From positions 1 through 64,000 of the forward strand of contig OZ218778.1 in the NCBI GenBank assembly GCA_965112635.1: a stretch of 64,000 bases of DNA, in the 5' to 3' direction. The DNA comes from an uncultured bacterium (lineage in GTDB: Bacteria > Oederibacteriota > Oederibacteriia > Oederibacteriales > Oederibacteriaceae). The position numbers and the translations under genes were made by a program. A model generated the notes under the pieces. The model worked only from the letters and a program-made list of their open reading frames with translations, was not told where the DNA came from and did not search any database. The first letter of the stretch is position 1. Each line of letters opens with the position of its first letter. Shown here piece by piece: positions 53,301 through 64,000 of this stretch.

Positions 53301-56300
53301 CGGAAGTGGCCAGCGTGCAGTCCAGGGAGACCAGGACCGAGCTGGTGGACCAGCCCTTGACCGTGGCCAGGACCCCGTTGCTGAACGATACGGAACCGGC
53401 GCTGCCGAAATTGTTCCCGGTGATGGTCACATAGGTGCCGGACGCTCCCACCCCCAGGTTGGTCGGAGAGATGGCGGAGAAGCTGGGTTTGGGATCGACC
53501 GTGAACGCGCCGTTGAAGGTGGCCTGGCCGGCGTCATCCCCGTTGACCACGGTGAAGCTTCCGGCCCCGGTCGCGGAGTTGGAGGACAGGTTCATGTTAA
53601 GGTTGATCTGGGTGTTGCTCCAGTTGTTGTAACTGGTCACAACCACCCCGCTGGCGCCAAAGGTCACGGTCCCCTGGCTGTTGCCGAAGTTGTTGCCGGT
53701 GATGGCGATGATCTGGCCCGTCGCTCCCTGCCCGCGGTCAGCGGGATTGATGTTACCCAGCGTGAAGGTAGGCGCCGGATTGACGGTGAAGATGCCCACG
53801 GTGGACCAGACGCCGGCGTTGTCGCCGTTGGTCACCGTGATGGTCACATTGCCCGCCGTGGCGGCGGCCAGGTTGAGATTGAGGGAGATGGACCCGTTGG
53901 CCCAGCTGTTGATGCTGGAGCCGACCCCGTTGGTCAGGGTGATGGTCCCCGTCGCGTTGCCGAAATTACCCCCGCTGATAATGACGGTTTGGTTGGTCGC
54001 CCCGATACCGCGGCTGGGCGGATTGGCGCTGGTAAAGCTGGGGTGGCTGTCCACCGTGAACACGCTGGTAAAGGTGGTCTGTCCGGCATTGGCCCCGTTG
54101 ATGACCGTGATATTGCCTGCCCCGGGCGTGGCCCCGCTGCTGATATTGGCCGTCAGGACGATCTGAGCATCCGCCCAGCTGGTGTAACCTGTGACGTTGA
54201 TGCCCGGATTGCTGAAGGTCACCGTACCCTGGGTCGTGCTGAAATTGCTCCCGTTGATCGTGAGGGTCTGCCCCAGTGCCCCCTGGCCGCGGTCGCTCGG
54301 GGTCATATTGGTAAAGGTCGGCGCTCCGTTGACCGTGAAGAACCCGGCCACCGAGGTCGCCTGGCCCGCGTTGTCGTTGTTGATAATGGTCACCTGTGGC
54401 CGCGCCGGCCGTGGCCGAGGCCAAATTCAGGGTGACCGTGACCGAGGTGTCGCTCCAGCTGTTGACCGAGGACACCACGACTCCGTTGCTGAAGTTAATG
54501 GTCCCTTGCGTGGTCCCGAAGTTGCTCCCGCCGATGATCACCTGCTGGCCCGTGGAACCGATACCGCGGCTGGGCGGAGCGCAGGTAATAAAGCTGGGTT
54601 TGGGATCGACCGTGAACTTATTGGTGAACAAGGTTTGGCCCGCGTCAGAGCCATTGACCACCGTGATATTTCCCAAACCGGTCGCTGCCGAGGACCCGAT
54701 AGTGGCGGTCAAAACGATCTGGGTCATCCCCCAGTTGCTGTAACCGGTGACCGAAACGCCGCTGGCGCTGAAGGTCACGCTCCCCTGGCTGTTCCCGAAA
54801 TTATTGCCGTTGATGGTGATGGTCTGGCTGGACGCTCCCTGTCCGCGGTCAGACGGGTTGACACTGGTGAAGCTCGGCGCCGGGTTGACCGTGAAAATGC
54901 CCGCCGTGGACCACAGGCCGGCGTTGTCGCCGTTGGTCACCGTGATGGTCACGTTGCCGGCCGTCGCGTTGGACAGGTCCATGGAGACCGTGATGGAGGT
55001 GTCCGACCAGCTGCTGATATTGGAGACGATGCCGTTGGTCACGGTGATGGAACCCGTCGCGTTGCCGAAATGGCTGCCGCTGATGACCACGCTCTGGTTG
55101 GTCGCCCCGATACCGCGGCTGGATGGATTGGCGCTGGTAAAGCTTGGTTTGGGATCCACCGTGAACTTATTGGGGAACAGGGACTGGCCTGAGTCGGCTC
55201 CGTTGATGACCGTGAGGTTGCCCAGTCCCAGAGTGGCGGTGTTGAGGATGTTGGCCTTGAGCACGATCTGCGTGTCGGACCAGCTGGTATAGCTGGTCAC
55301 CGAGACGTTGGCCGCCCCGAAGATCACGGTCCCCTGGGTGTTGCTGTACCCGCTGCCGGTGATGGTGATGGTCTGGTTCAGCGCCCCTTGGCCGCGGTCG
55401 CTCGGGTTCATGCTGGTGAAGGCCGGCGGCCCGTCCACGGTAAAGAACCCGGCGTAGGAAGTGGCCCGGCCCTGGTCGTCGTTATTGATGATGGTCACGG
55501 TAGACGCGCCGGCGGTCGCGTTGGTCAGGTCCAGGGTGACGCTGACGGAATTGGCGGACCAGTTATTGACCGCTGAGACCACGACCCCGTTGCTGAAATT
55601 GATGGTCCCTTGCGTGGTCCCAAAATTACTGCCGCCGATGACCACGGTCTGCCCTGAGGAGCCGATTCCAAGGTTCCCTGGAGCGCAGGACACAAAACTC
55701 GGTTTAGGATTGACCGTAAAGACATTGGCAAAGGTGGCGATACCGTTGTCAGTTCCGTTGGTGACCGTGATACTGCCCAGGCCGGTGTTCGCGGAAGAAC
55801 CGAAGTTAGCCATCAGGACGATCTGGTTGTTGTTCCAGCTGCTGTAGCCGGACACCGACACCCCGCTGGCGCCGAAGACCACGGTTCCCTGGGTGTTGCC
55901 GAAATTGTTGCCGTTGAGGGTGATGGTCTGGTTCGGCGCTCCCTGCCCGCGATTGGTCGGATTGACGCTGCTAAAGATGGGCGCTCCGTTGACCGTGAAG
56001 AACCCGCTGGCCGAAGTGGCCTGGCCGGCGTCATCCCCGTTGGTGACCGTCACGGTCGCCGCGCCTGGCGTGGCTCCGGTCAGGTCCAGGGTCACGGTGA
56101 TGGCGCCGGTCCCCCAGCTGTTGACGTTGGAGACCACGACGCCGTTGCTGAAGCTGATACTGCCGTTGGCCACGCCGAAATTGCCGCCGTTGATCGTCAC
56201 CTGCTGGCCCGAGGAGCCGTAACCGCGGCTGCTGGGCAAGGCTGAGGTGAAGGTCGGCTTGGCGTTGACCGTGAATTTATTGGCAAAGGTGCTTTGGCCG

Positions 56301-59300
56301 GAGTCGGAACCGTTGATGACCGTGATGCTGCCCAGCCCCTGGGTGGCGGTTTGGGCGATATTGACGGTCAGCACGATCTGGGTGCTGTTCCAGCTGCTGT
56401 ACCCGGTCACGCTGATGCCGCTGGCGCCGAAGATGACCGCGCCCTGATTGGTCCCGAAATTGCCGCCGTTGATGGTGATGGTCCGGTTTTGCGCCCCTTG
56501 CCCATAGTTATTAGGGTTCATGCTGGTAAAGGTCGGAGCAGGGTCAATGTTAAAGAACCCTAAGGACGAGGTATTTCGTCCCGCGTCATCGTTATTGACG
56601 ATTGAAATAGTGGCCTGTCCGGTCGTGGCTGCCGTGCAGTCCACCAGGACCAGGATCGAAGAATCGGTCCTTTGGGCGATCGTGTTGGACACCCCGTTGC
56701 TGAAGGTAATCGTGCAGGTGTTGGTGACCCCGAAATACGAACCTGTGATGGTGACGCTCTGGGCCGTGCAGCCGATACCTTTGGCCGACGGAGAGCAGGT
56801 TATGAACAAAGGCTTGGGATCGACCATGAACTGGTTGACCAGGACCGCCTGGCCCGCGTCGTCGCCTTTGATGATGGTGACGTTATTGGCGCCCTGCGTG
56901 GCGTTGGGGTCGATATTGACGGTAATGACCACCGAGCCGTTGCCCCAGCTGGTGTAGCCCGTGACGCTGATACCGGCCGAGGCGAACACCACCTGGCCCT
57001 GGGTGTTGCCAAAGTTGATACCGGACAGGGTAATGGTCTGGTTTTGCGCCCCCTGGCCTCGGTTGGCCGGGCTGATACCGGAAAGGGTAGGCGCGCCGTT
57101 GACCGTGAAGAACCCTAGGCCGGAGGTGATCTGGCCGGCGTTGGCGCCGTTGATCACGGTGATAGAGGCTGGCCCGGCCGTAGCTCCGGAAAGGTTGAGC
57201 ACCGCGGTGATAGAGTTGTCCGCCCAGCTGGTGATGGAGGAAACCATCACTCCGTTGCTGAAGGACAGGCTTCCCTGGGTGTTGCTGAAATTACTGCCCG
57301 TGATGACCACGGTCTGGTTGACCGCGCCTACGCCGCGGTTATTGGGGGACACACTGATGAAGCTCGGTCCATTGTTGACCGTAAAGACACTGCTGACTGT
57401 GGTGCGGCCAAAATCCGCTCCATTGACGATGGTGATGTCGGAAGTGCCTACCGTGGCGCTCGTGGTCAGGTTGGCGGTCAGGACGATCTGGTCATTGTTC
57501 CAGCTGTTGTATCCGGTCACGCTGACCCCGGTGTTGGCAAAGATGACCTGGCCCTGATAAATGCCGAAATTATTGCCGTTGAGGGTGATGGTCTGGTTTT
57601 GAGCTCCCTGGCCCCGGTTGGCCGGGTTCATCCCGGAATAGGAAGGAGGCAGGTTGATCGTGAAGAATCCGGGAGCCGAGGTCACCACGCTGGCGTCGTC
57701 GGAGTTATACAAGGTCACGGTAGCCGGACCGGTCAGGGCCGCCGCGCAGTTAAGGGTGGCCAGGACATAGGTATTGATCCAGGTATCGATCACGCTGCTG
57801 ATATTGTTGCTGAAGGTCAAAGTACTGAGGTGATCGCTGTCGCTTCCAAAGGGAATACCCGTGATGGTCACGCTCTGGCCCATGGCACCCTGGCCCAGGC
57901 TGGCGGGAAAGGCGCTCGTCAGGGTCGGTTTGGCGTTGACCGTGAACACGTTGACAAAAGTGGACTGGCTGGCATCCGTGGGGTTGACCACCGTGACATT
58001 ACCCGCGCCCAGGGCCGCGTTCTGGGCCACATTGACGATCATATCGATCTCGGTGCTGCCCCAGCTGGTATAGCTGGTCACGCTGATGCCATTGGCGCTG
58101 AAACTCACGGTCCCCTGGTTATTGCCGAAATTGTTGCCGATGAGCCGCATCAGCTGGTTGGTAATACCCTGGCCGCGGCTAGAGGGCGAGAGGCTGGTGA
58201 AAGTGGGCGGCGGGTTCAAGGTAAAGAAGCCCAGGGCTGAGGTTACGGCGCCGCCGTTGTCGCCGCTGGTCACGGTGACCGTGGCCTGGCCGGCCGTGGC
58301 TGAGGAGCTGTCCAGGGTCAATTGGATCTGGGCCGGACTCCAGCTGGTGATGGACGAGACGACCGCGCCGTTGCTGAAGGCCACCTGGCCCGTGGAAGTG
58401 CCGAAATCGCTCCCCTGGATGGTGATGGCCTGCCCGGTCGAACCCACACCGCGGCTGGCTGGGTTGATGGAGCTGAGGGTCGGCGCGGGGTCCACGGTAA
58501 ACACGCCGCTAAAGGTCGCGCGGCTCGCGTCCGAACTGTCGTAAATGGTGATGCTCCCCAGCCCCAGAGTGGCCGTGGAATTAAGGTTGGCCACAAGCTG
58601 GATCTGGTTGTTGCCCCAAGCCGGATAGCTGGTGATGCTGATGCCGCTGGCTCCAAAGGTGACGGTCCCGACATTGGTGCCGAAATTGGAACCGTTGATG
58701 GTGATGAGCTGGCCCACGCCTCCCTGGCCGCGGTCGCTCGGGTTCACGCTGGTGAAGGTCGGCGCCGGGTCCACCGTAAAGAACCCGCTGGCCGAGGTGT
58801 TTTGGCCGCCGTCGTCGAAATTGTGCACCGTGACCGTGGCCGGACCGGCTGTGGCGCTGGAGCAGTCCATCGTGACATTGATGGAGGTGTTGGTCCAGCT
58901 GCTGACCACGGCCACGATGCCGTTGGAGAAGCTGACCGTGCCGGTGCCATTGCCAAAATTGGAGCCGGTGATGGTCACGCTCTGGGCCGTGGCCCCGACG
59001 CCGCGGTCAGCCGGATAGATGCTGATAAAGGTCGGTTTGCCGTCCACCGTAAAGACTCCGGTGAACCTGGCTTTGCCCTGGTTGTCGTTATTGAGCACCG
59101 TGATGTCGCCCGCACCCAGGGTCGCGTTGGAAGCGATATTGATGACCATGCTGATCTGCGTGTTGCCCCACGAGGAGTAGCTGGTCACGCTGACGCCGCT
59201 GGCGCTGAAGGTCACGGTCCCGATGCTGCTGCCGAAGTTGTTTCCGGTCATGATGATGGTCTGGTTGCTGGTCCCCTGTCCGCGGGCGTTGTAGTTCAAA

Positions 59301-62300
59301 TTATTGAAGGTCGGGGCCGGATCGACCGTAAAGATGCCGGAAGAGGTTGCCCGGCCGGCATTGTCGTTATTGACGACCGTGACCGTGGCCGTGCCGATTA
59401 CGGCGCTGGTCAGGTCGAGGTTCAGGGAGATGGAGTTCATGCCCCAGCTGTTGACGCCGGTGACATTGATGCCGTTGCTCATCGAGACGGTCCCGTTGGT
59501 CAGACCGAAATAGTTTCCGCTCAAGACCACGGTCTGGTTGTTGTTCCCTGCCCCGCGGTCAGGCGGGTTGGTCCCCGTAAAGGACGGGGCCGCGTCAACC
59601 GTAAAAACATTGGAAAAGGTGGTCTTGGCGCCGTCAGACCCTCTGGTCAGGGTGAGGCTGCTCAGACCCTGGGTCGCGTTGCCTGCGATTGTGACCATGA
59701 AGATGATCTGGGTGTCGCTCCAGCTGCTGTAACCCGTGACGCTCACTCCGGCGGCGCTAAAGGCGATGGTGCCCTGGGTGCCCCCGAAACTGGCACCCTT
59801 TAAGGTCAGGGTCTGGGCAATGGCTCCCTGACCCAGGTCACCTGGCTGCAGGCTCGTGAAGGTCGGCAAACCGTTGACCGTGAAGAATCCGCTCGCTGAG
59901 GTCGCCTGGCCTTGGTTGTCGTTGTTGACGATGGACACCGTGGCCGGCCCTACCGTGGCGCCGGTGCAATCCACGATCGTCAGGATCTGGGTATTGCTCC
60001 AGGTGGCGATGACATTATTGATGCCGTTGCTGAAAGTCACCGAGCCTGTCGAAGTGCCGAAGTTATTGCCCGTAATGGTCACGCTCTGGGCCGTGGCTCC
60101 GAGACCGCGGCTGCTGGGCACGCAGGTGTTGAAGGTCGGGGCTGGATCCACGGTAAAGGCGCCGGAGTCCGTGGCCTGGCCCATATCAGAACCTTTGACC
60201 ACTGCGATATCCCCTGCCCCCGGCGTGGCTCCGCTGGCAATATTGACCTTTAAGATGATGGCGGTGTTGCCCCAGCCGGTATAGCTCGTGACGCTGATGC
60301 CCAGTGCGCTGAAGGTCACGGTCCCCTGGATGGTCCCGAAATTATTGCCGTTGATAGTGACCGTCTGGTTGGCGGCGCCCTGGCCGAGGTTGTTGGGCGA
60401 AATGACCCCAAAGGTAGGGGCTGGGTTCACGGTAAAGAATCCGCTGGCCGAAGTGGCCTGTCCTTTATCGTCATTGTTCAAAATGGTGACCGTGGCCGGC
60501 CCGGCGGTCGCGCTGGCGCAGTTCAGGGAAACCGTGATGGAACCGCTGGCCCAGCTGACCACATTGGAGACCACGATGCCGTTGCTGAAGTTGATGGTGC
60601 CCTGCGTGTTGCCGAAATTATTGCCGGCGATGACCACGGTCTGCCCGGTGGCTCCCTGGCCGCGGCTGGAGGGCGTCGTGGAGGTGAAGCTCGGGGCGGA
60701 ATTGACCGTGAACACGTTGTTAAAGGTCGCTTTGCCTCCGTCCACCAGGTTCTGTACCGCGACATTGCACTGGCCCTGGGGGGTGGAGGAGCTGATATTG
60801 ACCGTCATCACGACCTGGGTGGCGCTCCAGCTGGTATAGCCGGTCACGCTGATGCCTGTGGCGCTGAAGGTCACGATGCCCTGTGACCCGCCGAAATAGT
60901 TGCCGCTCAAGGTAATGGTCTGGTTGGTGGCGCCCTGCCCGCGGCTGGTCGGGTTGATGCTGCTGAAACTCGGCGGCGCGTTGATGGTAAAGAGGTTGGT
61001 CCCGGAAGTGGCCACGCCGGCATCGTTGCCGTTGGTGACCATCACCGTGGCGGCACCGCCTGTGGCTGAGGAGCAGTCCAGGGTCACCAGGATGGAGCCG
61101 TTGCTCCAGCTGTTGATGGCGGTCACATTGATGGTGTTGCTGAAAGACACCGAGCCTGTCAAGGTGCCGAAATTGTTGCCTGTGACGGTCACGTACTCGC
61201 CCGTGGCCCCGGCGCCCAGACTGCTGGGGCTGACCGCGATAAAGCTGGGTTTGGAATCGACCGTGAAATCACCCGTAAAGGTGGATACGCCGGCATCGTC
61301 GCCGTTGACCACCACGATATTGCAGGCCCCCGCCGCCGCGGAGCTCCCGACGTTCACCACGAGCTGGACTTGGTTGTTGCTCCAGTTGGAATAGCTGGTC
61401 ACGCTGACCCCGGTGGCGCTGAAGGTGACCGAACCCTGGCTGTTGCCGAAATGGTTGCCGTTGAGGGTGAGGGTCTGGTTTTGGGCTCCCTGCCCGCGTG
61501 TCGCGGGGTTGATGCTGGTAAAGGAAGGCGGGGCGTTCACAATGAACAGGCCGCTGGCCGAGGTGGCCGTGCCCTTGTCGTCGTTGTTCAGGACCGTGAC
61601 GGTGGCATTGCCGACCGTGGCGCTGGAACAGTCGATATTGACCGTGATGGAGCCGCTGCCCCAGCTCGCAATGGAATTGACTAAGATACCGTTGTTGAAA
61701 GTGACGGTCCCGTTGGTCAGGCCGAAATTCGCGCCTGCGATGGTCACGTTCTGGTTGGTGGCGCCCTGGCCTCGGCTATTAGGCGTCGTGGAGGTAAAGC
61801 TGGGTTTGGCGTTGACCGTGAAAGCCCCGTTGTCGGTCCCCTGGCCGCCGTCCGTGCCGTTGACGACCGTCACGTTGCAGGCCCCCAGGGTCGCCGTGGC
61901 GGCCACGTTGAGGGTGACCTGGATAGAGGTATTGGTCCAGGTGCCGTAACTGACCACGCTGACGCCGGTAGCGCTGAAGGTCACGGTGCCTTGGGTAGTG
62001 CCGAAGTTATTGCCCGTGATGGTCACGCTCTGGGCCTGAGCACCCTGGCCGCGGCTGGCCGGGCTGATGCCGGTAAAGCTGGGCGCGCTGTTGACCGCGA
62101 ATAGGCTGTTCGAAGAGGTCGCCACGCCTTTATCGGTGTTGTTGGTGACCGTGGCCGTGGCCCCGCCCGTCGTGGCGTTGGTCAGGTCCAGGATCACGTT
62201 GATAGCGCTATTGCTCCAGCTGTTGATGGAGGTCACGTTGATGCTGTTGCTGAAAGAAATGGAGCCCTGGGTGGCGCCGAAGTTATTGCCGGTGATGGTC

Positions 62301-64000
62301 ACGCTCTGGCCCGTAGCTCCCTGGCCGCTGCTGCTCGGCGTGGCGGCAATAAAGCTGGGCTTGGGGTTCACAGTAAAATCGTTGTTAAAGGTGGCCACGC
62401 CCGCGTTATCGCCGTTGACCACGATGAGCGGGCACGACCCCGTGGCCGCGTTGGTGCCAAAGGAGACCGTCATCACCACTTGGCTGTTGTTCCAGCTGGC
62501 GTAGCCGGTCACGCTCACGCCCGTGGCGTTAAAGGTGACGGTGCCCTGGTTGGTGCCGAAATTCCCGCCGACCAGGGTCAGAGTCTGGCTGGTAGCGCCC
62601 TGGCCGCGGCTGGTGGGATTGATGCTGGTAAAGGTCGGGGCGGGATTGACCGTGAAGAAGCCGCTGGCCGAAGTGGTCTGGCCGCCGTTGTCGCCGTTGA
62701 CCACCGTGACCGTGGCCGCCCCGCTGGTGGCCGAGCTGCAGTCCAGAACGACCGTGATGGCCGTCGAGCTCCAGCTAGTGATCGAAGAGACCATGACCCC
62801 GTTGCTGAAGGTGATCGTGCCCGTGCTGTTGCCAAAATTGCCGCCGTTGACCGTCACGGTCTGGCCGGTGGAACCCTGGCCGCGGCTGCTGGGGTTGGTA
62901 TTGGTGAAAGTTGGCGCGCCGTTGACCGTAAAGACCCCGGCGAAGGTCGCCTGGCCCTGGTTGCTGGAGTTGTAGATTGTGATACTGCCGGCCCCGCTGG
63001 TGGCGTTGCTGGCCACGTTGATGGTCAGGGTAATGCCTGTGTTGTTCCAGCTGGTATAGCCGGTCACGCTGATGCCGCTCGCCCCAAAGGTCACGACCCC
63101 CTGGGTGTTGCCGAAATTGTTGCCGGCGATGGAAATGCTCTTGTTATTGGTCCCCTGTCCGGCGTAGTTCGGGGTGGCGCTGGTGAAGGTCGGGGCCGGG
63201 TTGACCGTAAAGAAACCGGCGGCTGAGGTGTTGACGCCGGCATCGTCGTTGTTGGATACCTGGACCGTGGCCGCTCCGGCCGTGGCGCTGGTCAGGTCCA
63301 GCTTGACCAGGATGGCGGTATTGGACCAGGTCTGGACCGAGGTCAATCCGATATTGTTGCTGAAGGAGATAGTCCCATTCGTCGTCCCAAAGTTACTTCC
63401 CGTGATGGTCACATACTGGCCCGAGCATCCCGCGCCCAGACTGGCCGGCTGGGCCAGGGTGAAGCTGGGTTTGGGATTGACCTGTAAAGTCGTTGCTGAA
63501 GGTGGCCTGGCCCGCATCCTGTCCGTTGACGACCTGGATGGAGGTTAGGCCCAGGGCCGCCGTGGAGGCCAGCGACACGGTCACCTTGATCTCCCCGTTG
63601 CTCCACAGGGAGTAACCGCCCACGTTGATACCGGGATTGGTGAAGGAAACACTGCCGCTGCCCTGAGTGGCCCCGAAATTATTCCCAAGCAGGTCCAGGG
63701 TCTGGTTGGTCGCGCCCTGGCCGCGGCTGGACGGCAAAATACTGGTGAACGAAGGCGCCGCGTTGACGGTAAAAAGACCGCTGACCGAAGTGGCCTGGCC
63801 GGCATTGTCTCCGTTGACCACGGTCACGGTCGCCGGCCCGGCTGTGGCGCTGGTCAGGTTCAAATTGACCGTGATGGCGCTGTTGCTCCAGTTGGTGATG
63901 GAGGAGACCACGATCCCGTTGCTGAAAAAGACCGCGCCCTGGCTGTTCCCAAAATTGTTCCCGTCGATGATCACGGACTGTCCCGAGGAACCGATACCGC
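29359..64000 (-). CDS. Giant repetitive Ig/IPT surface protein with T9SS/FlgD-like CTD; >11,500 aa, 5'-truncated by the window, two frameshifts
   Basis: ORFs 29359-54393, 53966-63517 and 63393-63974 continue the same repeat register across single extra bases at about 54395 and 63483. C-terminus NYPNPF..TITYLL..DVTITLFDLTGHLVKT..WDGTND....V.RG.Y...LRKIAVLH. Confidence 0.88.
30290..34380 (-). repeat. Eight longer beta-sandwich repeats followed by two FN3-like domains
   Basis: V.QG..N(V/T)..(M/L/F)....W..L.V...G...D.DI..(I/V).(L/V/I)(Y/W).D motif seen eight times; FN3-like YYFNVK and YYRVMALN.AG..GPWS downstream. Confidence 0.7.
36860..48890 (-). repeat. About 34 LPGE-type ~117-aa repeats
   Basis: KLQ(L/V)L(L/A)PGE...PG...GKTG.P...TAG..F.(V/I)TVNAVD..WN, counted 34 times by eye. 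Confidence 0.85.
49200..51545 (-). repeat. Seven Trp-rich bacterial Ig-like repeats (~111 aa)
   Basis: PP.S.(I/V)..P...(I/L).G(T/S)A...V...IK....Y(W/Y).G..W...W....G...W.Y.....W..G..Y.I.SKA.D.A.N.E. Confidence 0.75.
51545..64000 (-). repeat. About 44 IPT/TIG-like ~93-aa repeats in an alternating A/B pattern
   Basis: Recurring P.FTS..P..RG.G...Q.(V/L)T(I/L).G.NFG...G.V.F...W....I...N.D..G......FTV; count estimated from length. Confidence 0.85.

Noticed and set aside
53966-54393. C-terminal tail of the 3183-aa ORF as a distinct domain
   Set aside because: Out-of-frame read-through after the extra base at about 54395; the repeat continues in the 8344-aa frame.
29512-63548. Many long plus-strand ORFs (e.g. 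31288-33195, 52957-54435, 58322-59803) and short alternate-frame minus ORFs
   Set aside because: Shadow ORFs caused by the GC3-rich, repetitive codon usage of the giant minus-strand gene; no recognisable protein motifs.

Overview
Bacterial window, probably from a diderm (outer-membrane PorV-like proteins are encoded), with four zones. (1) 1-5.3 kb is a mobile and decayed zone. A complete IS110-family element is inserted exactly into the GGGGTCAAGTCTTGAAACTTGAA inverted end of a REP-associated tyrosine transposase (RAYT-like) element. Next to it lie a truncated sister RAYT copy, two cas4 5' fragments, an AAA+/DUF4143 ATPase and a Bro-N fragment. (2) 5.3-9.2 kb holds a rhodanese, a RelE-Phd toxin-antitoxin pair, mutY, ispH, a ferredoxin and tRNA-Lys(UUU); the tRNA is preceded by a hairpin-interrupted partial copy of itself. 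(3) 9.3-17.9 kb is a divergent amino-/keto-sugar metabolic cluster: ROK kinase, PIG-L deacetylase, two Gfo/Idh/MocA oxidoreductases, TIM-barrel epimerase, DegT aminotransferase, amidohydrolase and MBL hydrolase. (4) 18-64 kb is the best candidate for an undescribed system. A single FliF(C-terminal ring)-FliG(M+C) fusion gene with motA and motB, but no other flagellar gene in the window, sits in one gene run with a PorV-like barrel-TPR protein and a TPR-TM-coiled-coil protein. That run lies directly downstream of a >11,500-aa Ig-repeat surface protein ending in a T9SS/FlgD-like C-terminal domain (CTD); this gene is split by two single-base insertions and runs off the window. A second PorV-like gene, a second CTD protein and a tandem PilZ protein are adjacent. 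Inference: a minimal flagellar-derived rotor-stator repurposed to energise a T9SS-like secretion or surface-adhesin machine. All calls come from visual motif recognition; no database searches were run.
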